A stretch of DNA of 64,000 nt from Octopus sinensis (lineage: Eukaryota), in contig NC_043005.1 of assembly GCF_006345805.1 (NCBI RefSeq), positions 36,952,001 to 37,016,000 on the forward strand, in the 5' to 3' direction. The notes below the pieces were generated by a model. The model was not told the DNA's origin. It saw nothing but the letters and a program-made list of their open reading frames with translations, and made no database searches. A program made the position numbers and the translations under genes. Positions 14,200 through 26,659 of this stretch are shown here, piece by piece. The first letter of the stretch is position 1; every line of letters starts with the position of its first letter.

Positions 14200-14730
14200 A
14201 ACAACTGACAGAAGTTACAACAGTTTTTATCAAAGATGAAATCGGTTTAAGACTGCGGGTTAAAAAACAAAAACTTAATAAATATCGGAGGGAAACAAGC
14301 GAGTGTCTCTGTATCTACTAGCGAGAATGACAGAAGCGGTTTGGCCTTTTTAGACATAGTTATGTATACTCGCAGCTAGCCGCATGCCCAGACGAGATTT
14401 GTCGCTTCAGATTTTTGAAACAATGAATAAATCATGCATTGATATTGTGGAAAAGCCACCGGCATACGGAACTACAGCAGTATAAAATCGAAATATCTAT
14501 ATACGTGTCATACTTAATGCATCACGAATATTGTAAACTAGGTGGGGCAATATTTCTTTGAAGCTTAGATGGAATAAGTAGAGCATTAAGTAGAATACTA
14601 TTATGCGATCGTTTTCTACGATATTCTAACCAAATGACCGTAATGCCGGATAGTGATCACTCAGAGCAGAGAAGTGGTGGTTCCACTTGAAGAGACTCCC
14701 TAGTTACGAACCGTGTCGAGTAACGTGCCC
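14200..14730 (+). mobile_element. Penelope-like element RT remnant with decayed ribozyme-like end
   Basis: Frames give ..SENDRSGLAFLDI (14341-14358, like the PLE LPFLD motif) and IDIVEKPPAYG (like TxxYRKPTxTG). A hammerhead-like remnant lies at 14685-14721. Frameshifted. Confidence 0.45.
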
Positions 14731-15713
14731 AGCATTCATAACCATAAGTGAAGACAGGCACAAAAGCCAAACAGAAGATTGCAAATATCGATGTTAGGAA
14801 CCGTTAATATTGTTCTAAAGTAAATCATGTCAGATTATTACTTGACAATTCCTCTTATACTACTTATACTCTTTCTATAACAATGCACATTTTCTCCTCT
14901 CATAACCCCTTTCTATAAATATTGTACCTATGAACGGCAGGAACAATTTTTATTGAGCAAATTACCACATTGACAACCTATTCGATAGAACTCAATAATC
15001 AGGTCATTAGTTCGTATCAGGATTGAAGTTAATTTAAATCATTCTCATAAGGACTGTCCAAAATTCCGTAATATCTTAAGAAATCATTACTCTTATCATT
15101 CATTATTTGAATTATTTTCTCTTAAATTAACTTTTCTGCCGATATAGTTTTAATCACCCTATCTCTGAATTCGGTATTTATTGAAGAGGACTTATTGAAA
15201 CCGTTTTCTTTGAATTTCTCATACAAACCACAGCTTTATTACTGACCACTTTATTCTCCGAAATTCCGTTATTATTTATGAAAGTAAACTGTCATTATGC
15301 AAACCATTTTCTCTTAAATATGTTTGACTAATAAAGCTTTAGTTTTCATCTTTCTGTACATTATTGGTTTATTTCCATAGACTTAAAAGCGTCATTAACT
15401 TGACAATTGGCATATACGAGTGCGTGTATACACGCACACACACACACATATGCATACATATATAAATGCACACGCACACACGTATGTACCAATGTATGTT
15501 ATAACTTAGTTTTGTTTCTAGATTCCTTGCCAATTTGAACAGAGTCGGTTTCTAACCCAGATCCAAACTACTTCGTTGGAATATCAACAACAAGGCATTT
15601 GTACATAAACGTGTGTGCAAGTGTGTTTGCGTATGCATGCAAGTATTTGGAGTTTGTACGTCTTGCCTTATGTGTGTATACGCATTTATATGTAAGTTTG
15701 TGTGCGTGTGTAT

Positions 15714-15784
<71 letters not shown>

Positions 15785-16479
15785 TATATATATGTATGTA
15801 TATATATGCGTGTGTGAAAAATAACTGTAAAGCGCGTCAAGTGATGCTGTTTACCCCCGCCTCACACTTTAACTTCCTTCACTACTTTCCTGGCTTTGTC
15901 TTACTTTTAGTTTTTATTCTTCTTTACAAACCACTCAAGTAATCATTCAGAGTCCAGCACTTTATATTAGATGTCATGTAAAACAGTCAAACCAAACGAA
16001 ATATAATCCAAATACCTACATCTGTTTAAACTTATATATTGTTTTAGACAACGTAGGCAATAATAACCTTGTCGTTCTTTTTGCAAGCGTTGACAGCGTG
16101 TGAATTCGTTCGTTCATAGACATAAAAATATGTAAAGTAAAACATATATAAATCGGAACCAGCCAGACACCAGCTGTTATGGATAACTCATAGAAGAAAA
16201 AATAAAAGAAAAAATAACTGAAAGAAAACAATAGGATTATACATACTTATACCTAATATGACATTTTTTAGTTGAAGCCATTTCGTCTGATGTCTTCTCA
16301 GAAGTATTAATTACAGAATAGAATTTAAAGGAATATAATACATCAGAGACAGAGAGACTCACGGAAACTCTAACGGAGAAAAATGGTAATAAACCAAAAT
16401 AAGAAAAAAAAAAAAGAAAAACAATTACAACATATAACCATAAAACTACAATATAACAATAAAGCAATCCGACGTGGGA

Positions 16480-16680
16480 GGCTGTACCTGGTCTACTAGA
16501 AATAGCAGCCAAATGTAGCTCAATTCATATTCCCATCCTCATAAGAAGAAAAGGTAAATGATTGTAGATTATATACGACTGAACATAAGACTAAAATAAT
16601 GTCACGTCAAGAATGGGCTTGGTTATGAATCAGTTTGATCAGATTTGAGCTGGGGTAAAATAATAATAATAATAATAATA
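16480..16680 (+). mobile_element. Repeat family C copy (~200 bp, (TAA/CAA)n tail)
   Basis: TAGAAATAGCAGCCAAAT... start and ...GAGCTGGGGTAAAATAATAAT end. Related copies lie at 29525-29612, 41373-41525 (-) and 47309-47680. Confidence 0.55.
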
Positions 16681-16689
16681 ATTTCAAAT

Positions 16690-17680
16690 TATGCCACAGG
16701 GGCAGCAATTTTGTACCAGTGTACATCTGGTACTTATTTTATCGACCCCAAAAGGATGAAAAGCAAAGTCAGAACTCAGAACAAAGCGGCAGACGAAATA
16801 CCTATTTCTTTACTGCCCACAAGGGGCTACACACAGAGAGGACAAACAAGGACAAACAAACGGATTAGGTCGATTATATCGACCCCAGTGCGTAACTGGT
16901 ACTTATTTATTCGACCCCGAAAGGATGAAAGGCAAAGTAGACATCGGCGGAATTTGAACTCAGAGGCAGACGAAATACCGCAAAGCATTTCGCCCGGCGG
17001 GCTAACATTTCTGCCAGCTCGCTGCCTAATAATAATAATAATAATAATAATAATCATAAATTTTGGTACAAGGCCAGTAATTTTGGGGAGAATATAAATC
17101 GATTACATCGATCTCAGTGCTCAACTGGTACTTATTTTATCGATCTCGAAAGAATGAAAAGCAAAGTCGACCTCGGCGGAATTTGAACACGAAATTTGAT
17201 TGTAAAGAGTTGGACGAAATACCTCTAAGCACTTTGTCCCGCAAAGTAAGCAAGCCTTTTTTATGGGTTTTTTTTCTTACCTTAGGTGACCGACTCGCTA
17301 TTGGGATTTCTATTTATTTTATTTTTCTATGAATTCTATCTTGTTCTTTTCGTTGTTGATTACCTTTTGAGCAATGTAAACCCCAATCTGTATGTTGAAT
17401 GTTGTCCTTTGATATTGTTCTCAAGGTCTTGGGCCCTTATAGCCAATAAAAGACATGATTATCTGTATAAATCCTTTCTACTAAAGACACAAGGCCAGAA
17501 ATGTTGTGGGAGGAGTCCAGTCGATTATATGGACTCCAAGGCTTAGCTGGTCGAAACCAAAAAGGTTGAAAGCAAAGTCGACCTTGGCGGAATATGAACT
17601 CAGAACGACGTAAAGACAAGCAAAATGCCGCTAAGAATTTTGTTCGGCGTGCTAGCGATTCAGCCAGCTCGCTGCCTTAT
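16690..17680 (-). mobile_element. Cluster of four SINE A copies (16695-16800, 16801-17026, 17058-17245, 17480-17677)
   Basis: Repeated family cores, all in the minus orientation and separated by (AAT)n or short spacers. A dimer junction GACGAAATA|CCTATTTCT lies at 16800/16801. Confidence 0.9.
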
Positions 17681-17690
17681 CATCTTCATC

Positions 17691-17729
<39 letters not shown>

Positions 17730-17770
17730 TAATAATAATAATAATAATAAAATATAATAATAATAAAAAA

Positions 17771-18323
17771 TGCCCTGATGCAGTACCAGGCAGTGGCTCT
17801 CATGGCTTCTGATCTTAACTGATTGGAAGTGTTATCATGTACATTGTTTTGTCTTGGTATAAAAGATGGGCTACAGCAAATATTCTGCTCAATACCACAG
17901 ATTTGCTTGTCAGTTGTTTGACTTTAACCACTTGAGCATGTCCCTTAGTGGCTGACGATGTGTGCATCTCTGATCACGAGCAGAAGTAGTGGGGGAGCAT
18001 CATAGCCATGTGTTGAGAGGGATTCTTTGGAGTTTGAATAATTCACCTCTGGAAACATGGGTGGTTCTTTCAACATCCTTAAACAACCCTTATCAGGGAC
18101 CTTTTGAGCGGGATGGGCAACTCAACCTGAAGAAAATTCTAACTGGGCCCCAACTGCAATGTCATGTGCTGTTTATCTTGATATGAGATCACCATGTCGC
18201 GCACATATGGTTGTGATGCATGTGCCTGGTGTACCCTTATCAGACGGGTAGTCATGATGGGTATATTGGGTTCGTATATTTCACCCCAGTGTCACTTTGA
18301 TGGCATGAACTGCTCTCTCACTC
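17771..18323 (+). mobile_element. ~555-bp (TAA)n-flanked interspersed element, copy 2
   Basis: Inverted homolog of 4580-5148. It is bounded by (AAT)n at ~17690-17765 and 18324-18383. Confidence 0.85.
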
Positions 18324-18383
<60 letters not shown>

Positions 18384-18384
18384 C

Positions 18385-18545
18385 TTTCTAATCTTGTTAC
18401 AAGGCCAACAATTTTGAGGGGAAAGACAAGTCAATTATTTCAGATCCAGTACTTTGCTGGTACTTTAGTGTATCGATCTTGGAAAGGCAATTGACGCCGA
18501 CGGGATTTGAACTTAGAGCGTAAAGAGCCTGAAGAAATGTTGGAC
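18385..18545 (-). mobile_element. Decayed SINE A copy (tail type 2)
   Basis: ACAAGGCCAACAATTTTGAGGG tail, CTGGTACTT core and GGATTTGAACTTAGAGCG B-box complement. Confidence 0.7.
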
Positions 18546-19169
18546 AACAACATGTATGTGGTAACATAGCTGAGCATAAAAAGAAAACATAAATGAATAC
18601 AACGAAACCAAATATATCTAAGACCGAAATTTACAAAGAAAGAAAGAAACGTAATAACAAACAGATAAGATACCGCTACTCGGATTTCTATAAAATAAAG
18701 ATGGTGCTTATTTTATACCTTATGTGTTTAATGGCATATTGTTTAAATATTGTACAGCATATGAGAAATTAAGGAAGAGTAAACCAAGGATGCGAAAAGG
18801 GAATCAACTTATAATTAGCTCAACACAGATTAAGTATGTCCATTAATAAATCGAAAATTAATCGATCAGTATCTATCAGGCTAGGTTGTGTGGAATTTTG
18901 CACCATCAGTATTATTAAAATATTGTTTCGTTTGTGTCAGAAGCGATGTCTTCTTCAATGGTAATTTCACAACAAACCAAGCTCGTTTCGTACCGAGCAC
19001 CGACAAACTAAAAATAAAAGCAATTCTTTTTTAAAATGTGCATTCGACCAACGAACAATGTGTTGAATTGTTACACGCATATTATTAATCCATTCTATAT
19101 CCAAGACACCCGAATATCATAAAAAAAAAGACACACGTGTTAATGAGAGAAAATGTGAGTTGGAAATTT

Positions 19170-21170
19170 ATAGCAAAAATACGCACAGTAGCAAAATGCG
19201 TAATACATAATAAACAATAAAAATATATCAGATATGAAAATTGTGGGTCTAGAACAATAAATAGAGAGAATATACACCGACATCAAAACATAACAATCGG
19301 TTATGCGCAAAACAAATAAGATCCCACAAAACAATGAAATATTACAAAGGAATCCATTACACACAAAAGACATAAATCTTCGCATAAGAAAGAATACAGC
19401 GGAACATTAACGATCACACACCCAGTAAACGAGCTCTTAAAACACAATGAAAATACCATAGAATCCATCGTACACGGAATAAAAGGAACCTTACAGTAAA
19501 ACAAATACAGCTATAGAGAAAGTATAAAAAAGCAACATCAGAGAAATCCCTATGGAAACATCCAGAGACAATATTTTCACGCCCCTACACTTAACAATAA
19601 ACAGAATAAAACCAGATCACCACAAATCAACCAGAGTTAGCTTTGAAGAGAGCCTAAAAAGATAAAATAGAAAACAGGATAAGCTGATGAAGATGGATCA
19701 ACGGTAACTTCTGTCGGAGTTGCATACAAACACGGAACTCTATTAAAGAAGAGATAAATATTAAAATATGGCGATGCATGAAATTGTGGCCACGGAAACA
19801 AAACTTATTTGGACAGATTGAATGATCTAATCTATTTTGTAGCAGCTGAAGTGTTGATGGAAACCGGCCTTAGTCCCACTAGAGTAAAGCAGAAAGAAAT
19901 ATCCTATATAAACTTGAGGAATGACGGAAAGAGCTGTCTTAGCGAAATGGGAAGATAATGGTGTACTGATACTGATATTATATCTATAAAAGAAAGAAGT
20001 CACGAAGACAGTAAAAAAAATGTCTTAAGAAATTCGTATTAGCAAAAGCATAAACTATATGTAAAACGACGTTACTTCTTCTAGCTGTAAAACCTATTGG
20101 AATCAAATATCAGAAGACTTTATAGAAACATTAATTTAAAAATAAAATAAAAACGTAATACTAAATGATGACACTTCAACATCAACGGTCGTTTGAAAAC
20201 TATTCTAAGTGGTGGTGGTGGTGGGCATGTGACAAAAATATCGGGGATACTCGGAGAGTATTACGGAGCAGAACGGGAAAGTGGTTTAAACAGCAACAGC
20301 AGCGCAGACAAACCCAACAATGAATTTAGTAACACGGTAAATGTTACAAGTAATCGGAAAGTCCTAAAGATCGACAAAGTTTCCAATTTTTGTTTGAAAT
20401 ACCTAACGCAGTATTTATAGATCTGTGGGAACAGTATTGAAGGAATTATTAAACAAGCGAAATAATGCCTGAATAGGTACTAAGACATGGACATGGACAG
20501 CAAGTATTCTCAGAATAATAGAACAAAAGCGTAAAGGACCTCTCAACTCACAAAAAGATAAAAGACAAACGGGCTCTACCTTGCTTGAAGGCTGCATATT
20601 CAAAGCCTTTATATCTATACTCTATAAAAGGACGGTTATGGATTTGGAGATCAATGTATCGTAGTGAATAAGAGTAATTTGTGGTGAATCGGTCAATTAT
20701 CGAAGATAGCAAAAATCAGACAAAAATAAACTTCGCGTGGCGTGTATTGATTACCCGAAAAACATTTGATAACGGCCGCTTTTGCATATGGAAATCACTT
20801 AATATAAATAGGCAGCTCGAATATTTATACAGTATGTTTAAGAATGCCACACGAAAATAGCGTAAAAAGCTACTACTTCATTGCTGAATAAAGAGAAAAC
20901 TATCAGAGCCAAACTTAATTCCGTAACAAAGTGTAACTTCCAGGGAGACTGCATATCCATTCTACTCTATTAAAAACATTTGTGATCGAAATAGAAGAAC
21001 CTACTGAAAATCGTTCAAGATGCAAAAATTGGATGGGATCAGGCAAATGTTCCAAAGTTATTGTAAGAGGAAAATAAGCTGAAACTGAAAACATGTTAGA
21101 GTTAGATATAGAAATAAGACAAGCCACGTTAGCAACAGAATCGCCAGTCTTGACTGTGTGTTTCAAAATA
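19170..21170 (+). mobile_element. Highly decayed non-LTR retrotransposon ORF, R4/Dong-like reverse transcriptase
   Basis: RT-like motifs occur in the expected order across frameshifts: SNRKVLKIDKVSNFCLKYL (~20350-20405; cf. SNWKAPGxDxxxxFWLK), ACIDY/RKTFD (~20740-20770; cf. AWIDYKKAFD), FQGDCISILLY (20938-20970; cf. FQGDSLSPLLF) and KCSKVIVRGK. The YxDD segment appears deleted. The clade assignment and 5' boundary are tentative. Confidence 0.7.
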
Positions 21171-21549
21171 ACATTCCTGCATTAAAAGGGTTCTTGTTTT
21201 CTTCGTTTGACAATATACATGCGTTAATGCTATTGTTACTGTTGTTGTTGGTATTATTTAAATGTTCAAATTTATGTCTTTAAATATTGGAATATTTTTT
21301 CTTTCCATATACTGTGTATAGGTCCAGCCGTCAAATTAAGTTTGTTATCTTTTTGTTTGTTTATTCTCTGCATAGTGTCTATCATTTTCATTGTTTTAAG
21401 GAAGCGTTCTCCTGACGAGAAGCCATCTTGACTAGAATATAATCGGAAACACTCAGTTGACAAAAAATATGTCAAAAACTGACACATCTTATGTTTAACC
21501 TTGCATGAAGCAGAAATCCAACGCATCCGTACGGCGAAATAAAACACAA

Positions 21550-22512
21550 GTACGAGGAGTCAGGTGTTGGCCTCACAATTTCAGCCCATTGTTTTGCTAT
21601 CCTCCCATCTTAAACACTTAGACACACTGTCTGATAGGCTTAATTTCATTCTCTTACAAGTAGTTCTCTATACACCTCAAAGTATTTTTTGACTGCTGTT
21701 TTGAGCGCAGCTGAAAGTATCTGATATGTACGTTTAGATAAAAACATTACTATATAAACTTCCACCTTGCTAGTTTTTCGATGTATTCTCGAGGCAAAGA
21801 GAGGCAATCTCTTTTCACATAATTCTGCTTGACAAGTTGTTTCTGCATGTATTTAGTTACTTCTAGTTTCGCCGTCCAAGCAACAACAGTGATACAAGTA
21901 CCACTTTCAAAACTTAGTTTGTTTTCACCTGGCTTAAATATGCAAATGTGTTGTCGTCGCTACTATTGTAACTATTAATATTATGATCCACATTTTGTGT
22001 TCCAGTGTTAGTAATCTCCCGTGTCTATTCGTGTAGAATTGTCAATATTCTTAGTATTAAAAAAGACATAATAGCAAATCATGTTCTTCTCATTATAAGT
22101 TAGATGGTGGTGCTGGTGGTGGTGATCGACATTTTACTGGCACGTGTATACCGAAAAGAAAATATACCTTCAGTATAGGGGAACTCTTTGTAACTTTTCT
22201 AATAAGGTCCCATTCTAAGAAATACATACAGCTGCAATTTTGATTCAGTAATTGCAGCATTTGTTGCTGCAATATTATTTGTTGTTGCTTCTGTTCTTGC
22301 TTTTGCAGTTGTATCTGCTGTTGATGTTATTCTTTCAGTTGCTGTTGCTGTTTTTGCGACTCGAGCAAACTGACCAACAAATTTTCCTTAATTTTACAAA
22401 GTTTTTCGTAAAATTCGGAAAACCAAAACTTTTGTGAGTTTGTTAACACATCGTGAGTCGTTAAAATCTTAATCGAGTTTATTAATTCCCCGAAAGTTGT
22501 TTAAATCCTCGT
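21550..22512 (-). mobile_element. Possible decayed mariner-type remnant
   Basis: Short TACGAGGA / TCCTCGT terminal match and weak similarity to a mariner C-terminus (LKTAVKKYFE..SKCL). Confidence 0.25.
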
Positions 22513-22704
22513 CGCCACTGTTTATAATCCTTACAAATGTTTGATTGTTACAACGCCCACTTCGGTATCAGTATGCTTAGTAAAACCAGTAAAGACACGA
22601 CTATCTCTTACCGCCTGCTATGTACCCTCTTTACCTATCGTGACTTGGTTATTCCATTCGTCATGTGGGAAGGGTGTACCATTATTACTAATTCCGTACA
22701 ACAA

Positions 22705-22960
22705 CTTTATCCTTCATTTTTTCCGGGTCGATAAAATACGTACCAGTTGAGCGGTGAGGTCGATGTAATCGACTAGTTCCCCACTTTCAGACCTTGTACC
22801 TATTTCTGATTTAGGCACAAGGACAGCAATTTTGAGGGTGTGGCTATATCGATTATATCGACTCGAGCTTTTGGTAGGTACTATCTTTTCTCACCACGGA
22901 GAGGTGAAGGGCAGAGTTTGAACTGAAATAGTCGGAAGAAATACTGCAAGGTATTTTGTC
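22705..22960. mobile_element. Tail-to-tail pair of SINE A fragments (+ 22705-22802, - 22812-22960)
   Basis: A plus core GGGTCGATAAAATACGTACCAG is followed by a minus-oriented tail and core. The junction is the inverted repeat CCTTGTACCTA-9nt-TAGGCACAAGG. Confidence 0.7.
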
Positions 22961-23065
22961 CAATGTTCTTAAGATGTGAGCCAACAAAACGAAAATGGGA
23001 GAAAACGTAGCAGATTACGACAGTTGAAGATAACTAATAAGGAAAAAAAAGTATATCGGGTGTAG

Positions 23066-23113
<48 letters not shown>

Positions 23114-23442
23114 TAAACGTGTAGGTTGCTACTAGTCACAATGATAACGACCAGGAAATCAGAATGTATCTGACAATGATAATGTCAAGAAATACCTCGT
23201 CTGAAGTAAATATTCCATGTAAAGAAAAGCTGAACATGGCATTGACTTTAGCGATATGCATATTTATAAGTAGAAGGAGATAATAAAAAAAACTAACCGC
23301 ACTTCCATTGTCACGAAGAATAAATCTATTCATAACTTAGATGCTGACATATCTTTTTTGAAATTATAAATGAATAAATGTATATATTTGAATAGTGAAA
23401 GTTGATTTATCACAGAAAATGATATAGAAATAGTGAAAAAGA

Positions 23443-23850
23443 GAGACTATGGAATCGTCGTTGAACTAGTGAGTCCCTATTGCGATAGATCATCTAACGA
23501 AATGCGCCGTTATAACGATGTCTCAACTAACGAACGAATAAGCCTTTATAACGATTTCTCAAATATTGAGCGATTCTCTATAATGATGGCTCAACTAACG
23601 AATGTGTCTTTATAATGGCCTAACTATTGAATAATTAATACTTTCAAGCGATGGCTCAACTCGTGATGAAGTGAGTCTCTACGACAACGGCTCAACTAAA
23701 TAAGTGAGACTCTACACCGAACGCACTACTGACAAATGAGAGACTATATAATGCAGACTATATAATGAAGTCTCATCTGACGAACGATTGAGTTCCCATA
23801 ACGATGGCTCACCAACGAACGAGTGAGACTGTAATGATGGTCCGGAGAGT
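23443..23850 (+). repeat. Degenerate ~30-35-bp minisatellite, about 12 units
   Basis: Recurring unit similar to GAGACTCTATAACGATGGCTCAACTAACGAAT/GAGT. Confidence 0.8.
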
Positions 23851-24789
23851 CATAACAAATATCACAGAATACTTTGTCTGAATTTCTAACCCCTCTCCCA
23901 ATACATCATTGTTTATTGATTTAATCCATCTTTATTTACTGTTTCACTAAATTTTCGCTATACATGGAGTTAATCACAGCGAAACTTCTAAGTAAAAGCT
24001 GTCGCCATTATTCAATAAACAACACAACTCCACTATAGTAATTACGTCAATTTTTCAATCAATGTATTTGTGTTTGTAAATTGATAAATTTAGAGCACTT
24101 ATTAATTATCGAATTAATATAGATGCGTGCGAGAATGTGTTAGTGACTGTGTGCATACATATATGTATACATACGCGCATTTATGAGCGAAAAGGAGAAA
24201 GTAACGATTGCGAAAGAAGGAGCGTATATGCTAGAGACTTACATGCAATATATTATAAATTTGAAATTATCTTAAATTTTCACCAGCAATCTTTTAGTTG
24301 TCGAAAAAATATCGACATATTGCAGAGTTCTAAACTGCACAGAAATAGTTTATATGTTATGTTTGTCTTTTTTTTTTCTCCCTGTTTTCAAATAGTTAAT
24401 GTTTTCTTAGAGGGTTTTGCAACTCATATTATTTTTCTGTTTTTTGGTATTTTAATAACGTACTTCTTTGACATATGCACACGTAACAATATGCATACAC
24501 TCGCAAACACAGAGACAGAGGTACATATTTGTATGTGGTTCTTTGCCGAATTTGTGTATGTATATATATATATATATATATATTATTGTATGTTTTTATA
24601 CTAATGTGTGTGTGTGTGTGTGCGTGTGCGTGTACGCGTACATGTATGTGAGGTGGGGTGATTTTTGAATAACTTTATTTTCCAACGTTTCATATCTCAC
24701 AGCATGGTTGAATATATGTTTACGAAACGCACGCGTGGGAGCGTATTCATAATATTCATATTCATACATGTGTGTGTGTGTGTATGTGT

Positions 24790-24792
24790 GAA

Positions 24793-24827
<35 letters not shown>

Positions 24828-25450
24828 AGACAAAGACAGAGACAGAGAGAATGAAGGGAGGAATATTGTTTATTCCAAAATGTCCACTCTTCACTTTCAT
24901 TCTTGTAATCATCATTCACTTCTTTCCCCTGTCTTATTCTTTTCTTTCTATTCTACATTTCTAACCACAATTCTTTCTCCATGTCCTTCCTTTTATTTTC
25001 CTTCCATTTCTATTCATCTTTTCTATTCCTGTATATTTACACATTCCTTACCTGATTTTTTATATTTTTCCAAATTTTTTTTGAGCATTTATTCTTCTGT
25101 CCATTTCTATTTTTTCTCTTTCATTTCTGTAACTACACTTGGTCATATTTCTTTCTTTTTTTTCCCCTATTTCTGTTTTCTTTCAATCACTCTCTCTTTC
25201 TTTCTCTCTCTCTTACTCCCGTCTTTCATAATCTTCTGTCGTCTTTTAGTTCTCGTCTGTATTTTTCCTTATTCCTAACAATGTTGTCTTCTTAACCTTA
25301 TTTGTTCACTTAGTTTTGACTTGCTTAAATATTAAATCAAGTATTTCGTTATTTGCTTATATCTTTTCTTCCAGACTTCCTTTCTTTCCCGCTTTTCTTT
25401 CGTTCTCTCGTTTCTTCTTTCTTTCTTCATATTTCTATATGAGATGCATT
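24790..25450. repeat. (GA)n followed by ~550-bp pyrimidine-rich low-complexity tract
   Basis: Strong T/C skew on the plus strand from ~24890 to 25450. Confidence 0.75.
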
Positions 25451-26024
25451 CTTTCTGTAGGAACAATTTTTTTGTTGTTGTTTTTCCTTCCACTACTCCA
25501 AGCTAACGTTCACCAAGTCTTTTACTTAACCAATATTTAGAATTGATAATACATATAAAAAGCAAAGGATGATTATGATGATGATGATGATGATGGAGGT
25601 GGTGGAGAGTGATGGTGATGATGATAATGTCTAGTCTAACATAAAAAAATATGACATCAGATATTCCTCATAGTCTCAATAAATGTATAAAAAAAAGAAG
25701 ATAAAGTAAAAATATATTTTCTACTGTATGAAATGAGCTTTCTAGAACATTCTAGTTCTACAGTCGACAATATGAAGAATTTAATGAATGAAATGATTAC
25801 TGGATGGAAGAAAAGGCATCTGTCTGTACTCGGCACAACAAACTACTGGTTTTTAACAGATATGTATGGTTGAATACTAGAAAATGTAGTCAATCTTTAC
25901 ATTTTGTTCCCTGATTTCTGTACCATTGACTGTTTATATGAAGGACAACCAACCAGATACATTCAGGGGATACTAGCCAATCGTTTCCATCATAACTTTA
26001 CATTTGATATTTTCCCGATGGTTC

Positions 26025-26235
26025 AAGGAGGCGAGCTGGTAGAATCGTTAGCACACCGGGTAAAGTGATTAGCAGCATTTCGTCCGTATTTACATTTTAA
26101 GTTCAAATTCCGCTGAGAACAATTTATCATTTCGTGGTCGATAAAATAAGTACCAGTTGAACTCTGGAGTTAATGTAATCGACTTACCCCGTACCCCGAA
26201 ATTATTGGCGGTATGCCACTAACGTAAAAATTAAT
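26025..26235 (+). mobile_element. SINE A copy (tail type 2)
   Basis: AAGGAGGCGAGCTGGTAGAATCGTTAGC head, AGTTCAAATTCC B box and GGTCGATAAAATAAGTACCAG core. Confidence 0.85.
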
Positions 26236-26611
26236 ATTTTGACGATAGTAGCAAGGATTATAGCCATTAAACTACTAGTGTATATATATATATATATATA
26301 AATATATATTTTTCAGAAGTCTGATAGATGTAGTACACACAGATAGACTAAATGAAATAGGATGTATAATCCAGGAGAAGTGAAATTGCAAGATCAGTTA
26401 GTATATTGATTTTTCGGGCAGTACTGAGGAGTTTAATCCACTGTGTGGTGTGCAGAAGAAAATGCACAGTCTATGGAAATGAATAACTGTCGACATCGTA
26501 GCGACGTGATGCAAGATTAGTTATTATAGAAATCTACGAAACAATTGTAAACTAAACGGTAAACGCGATTTGCTAACTGCATTTTTCGATATACACGTCT
26601 ATGCATATATA

Positions 26612-26659
<48 letters not shown>

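Noticed and set aside
23443-23850. CRISPR-like array
   Set aside because: There is no constant repeat with unique spacers (whole units are degenerate copies), no cas genes, and the context is eukaryotic.
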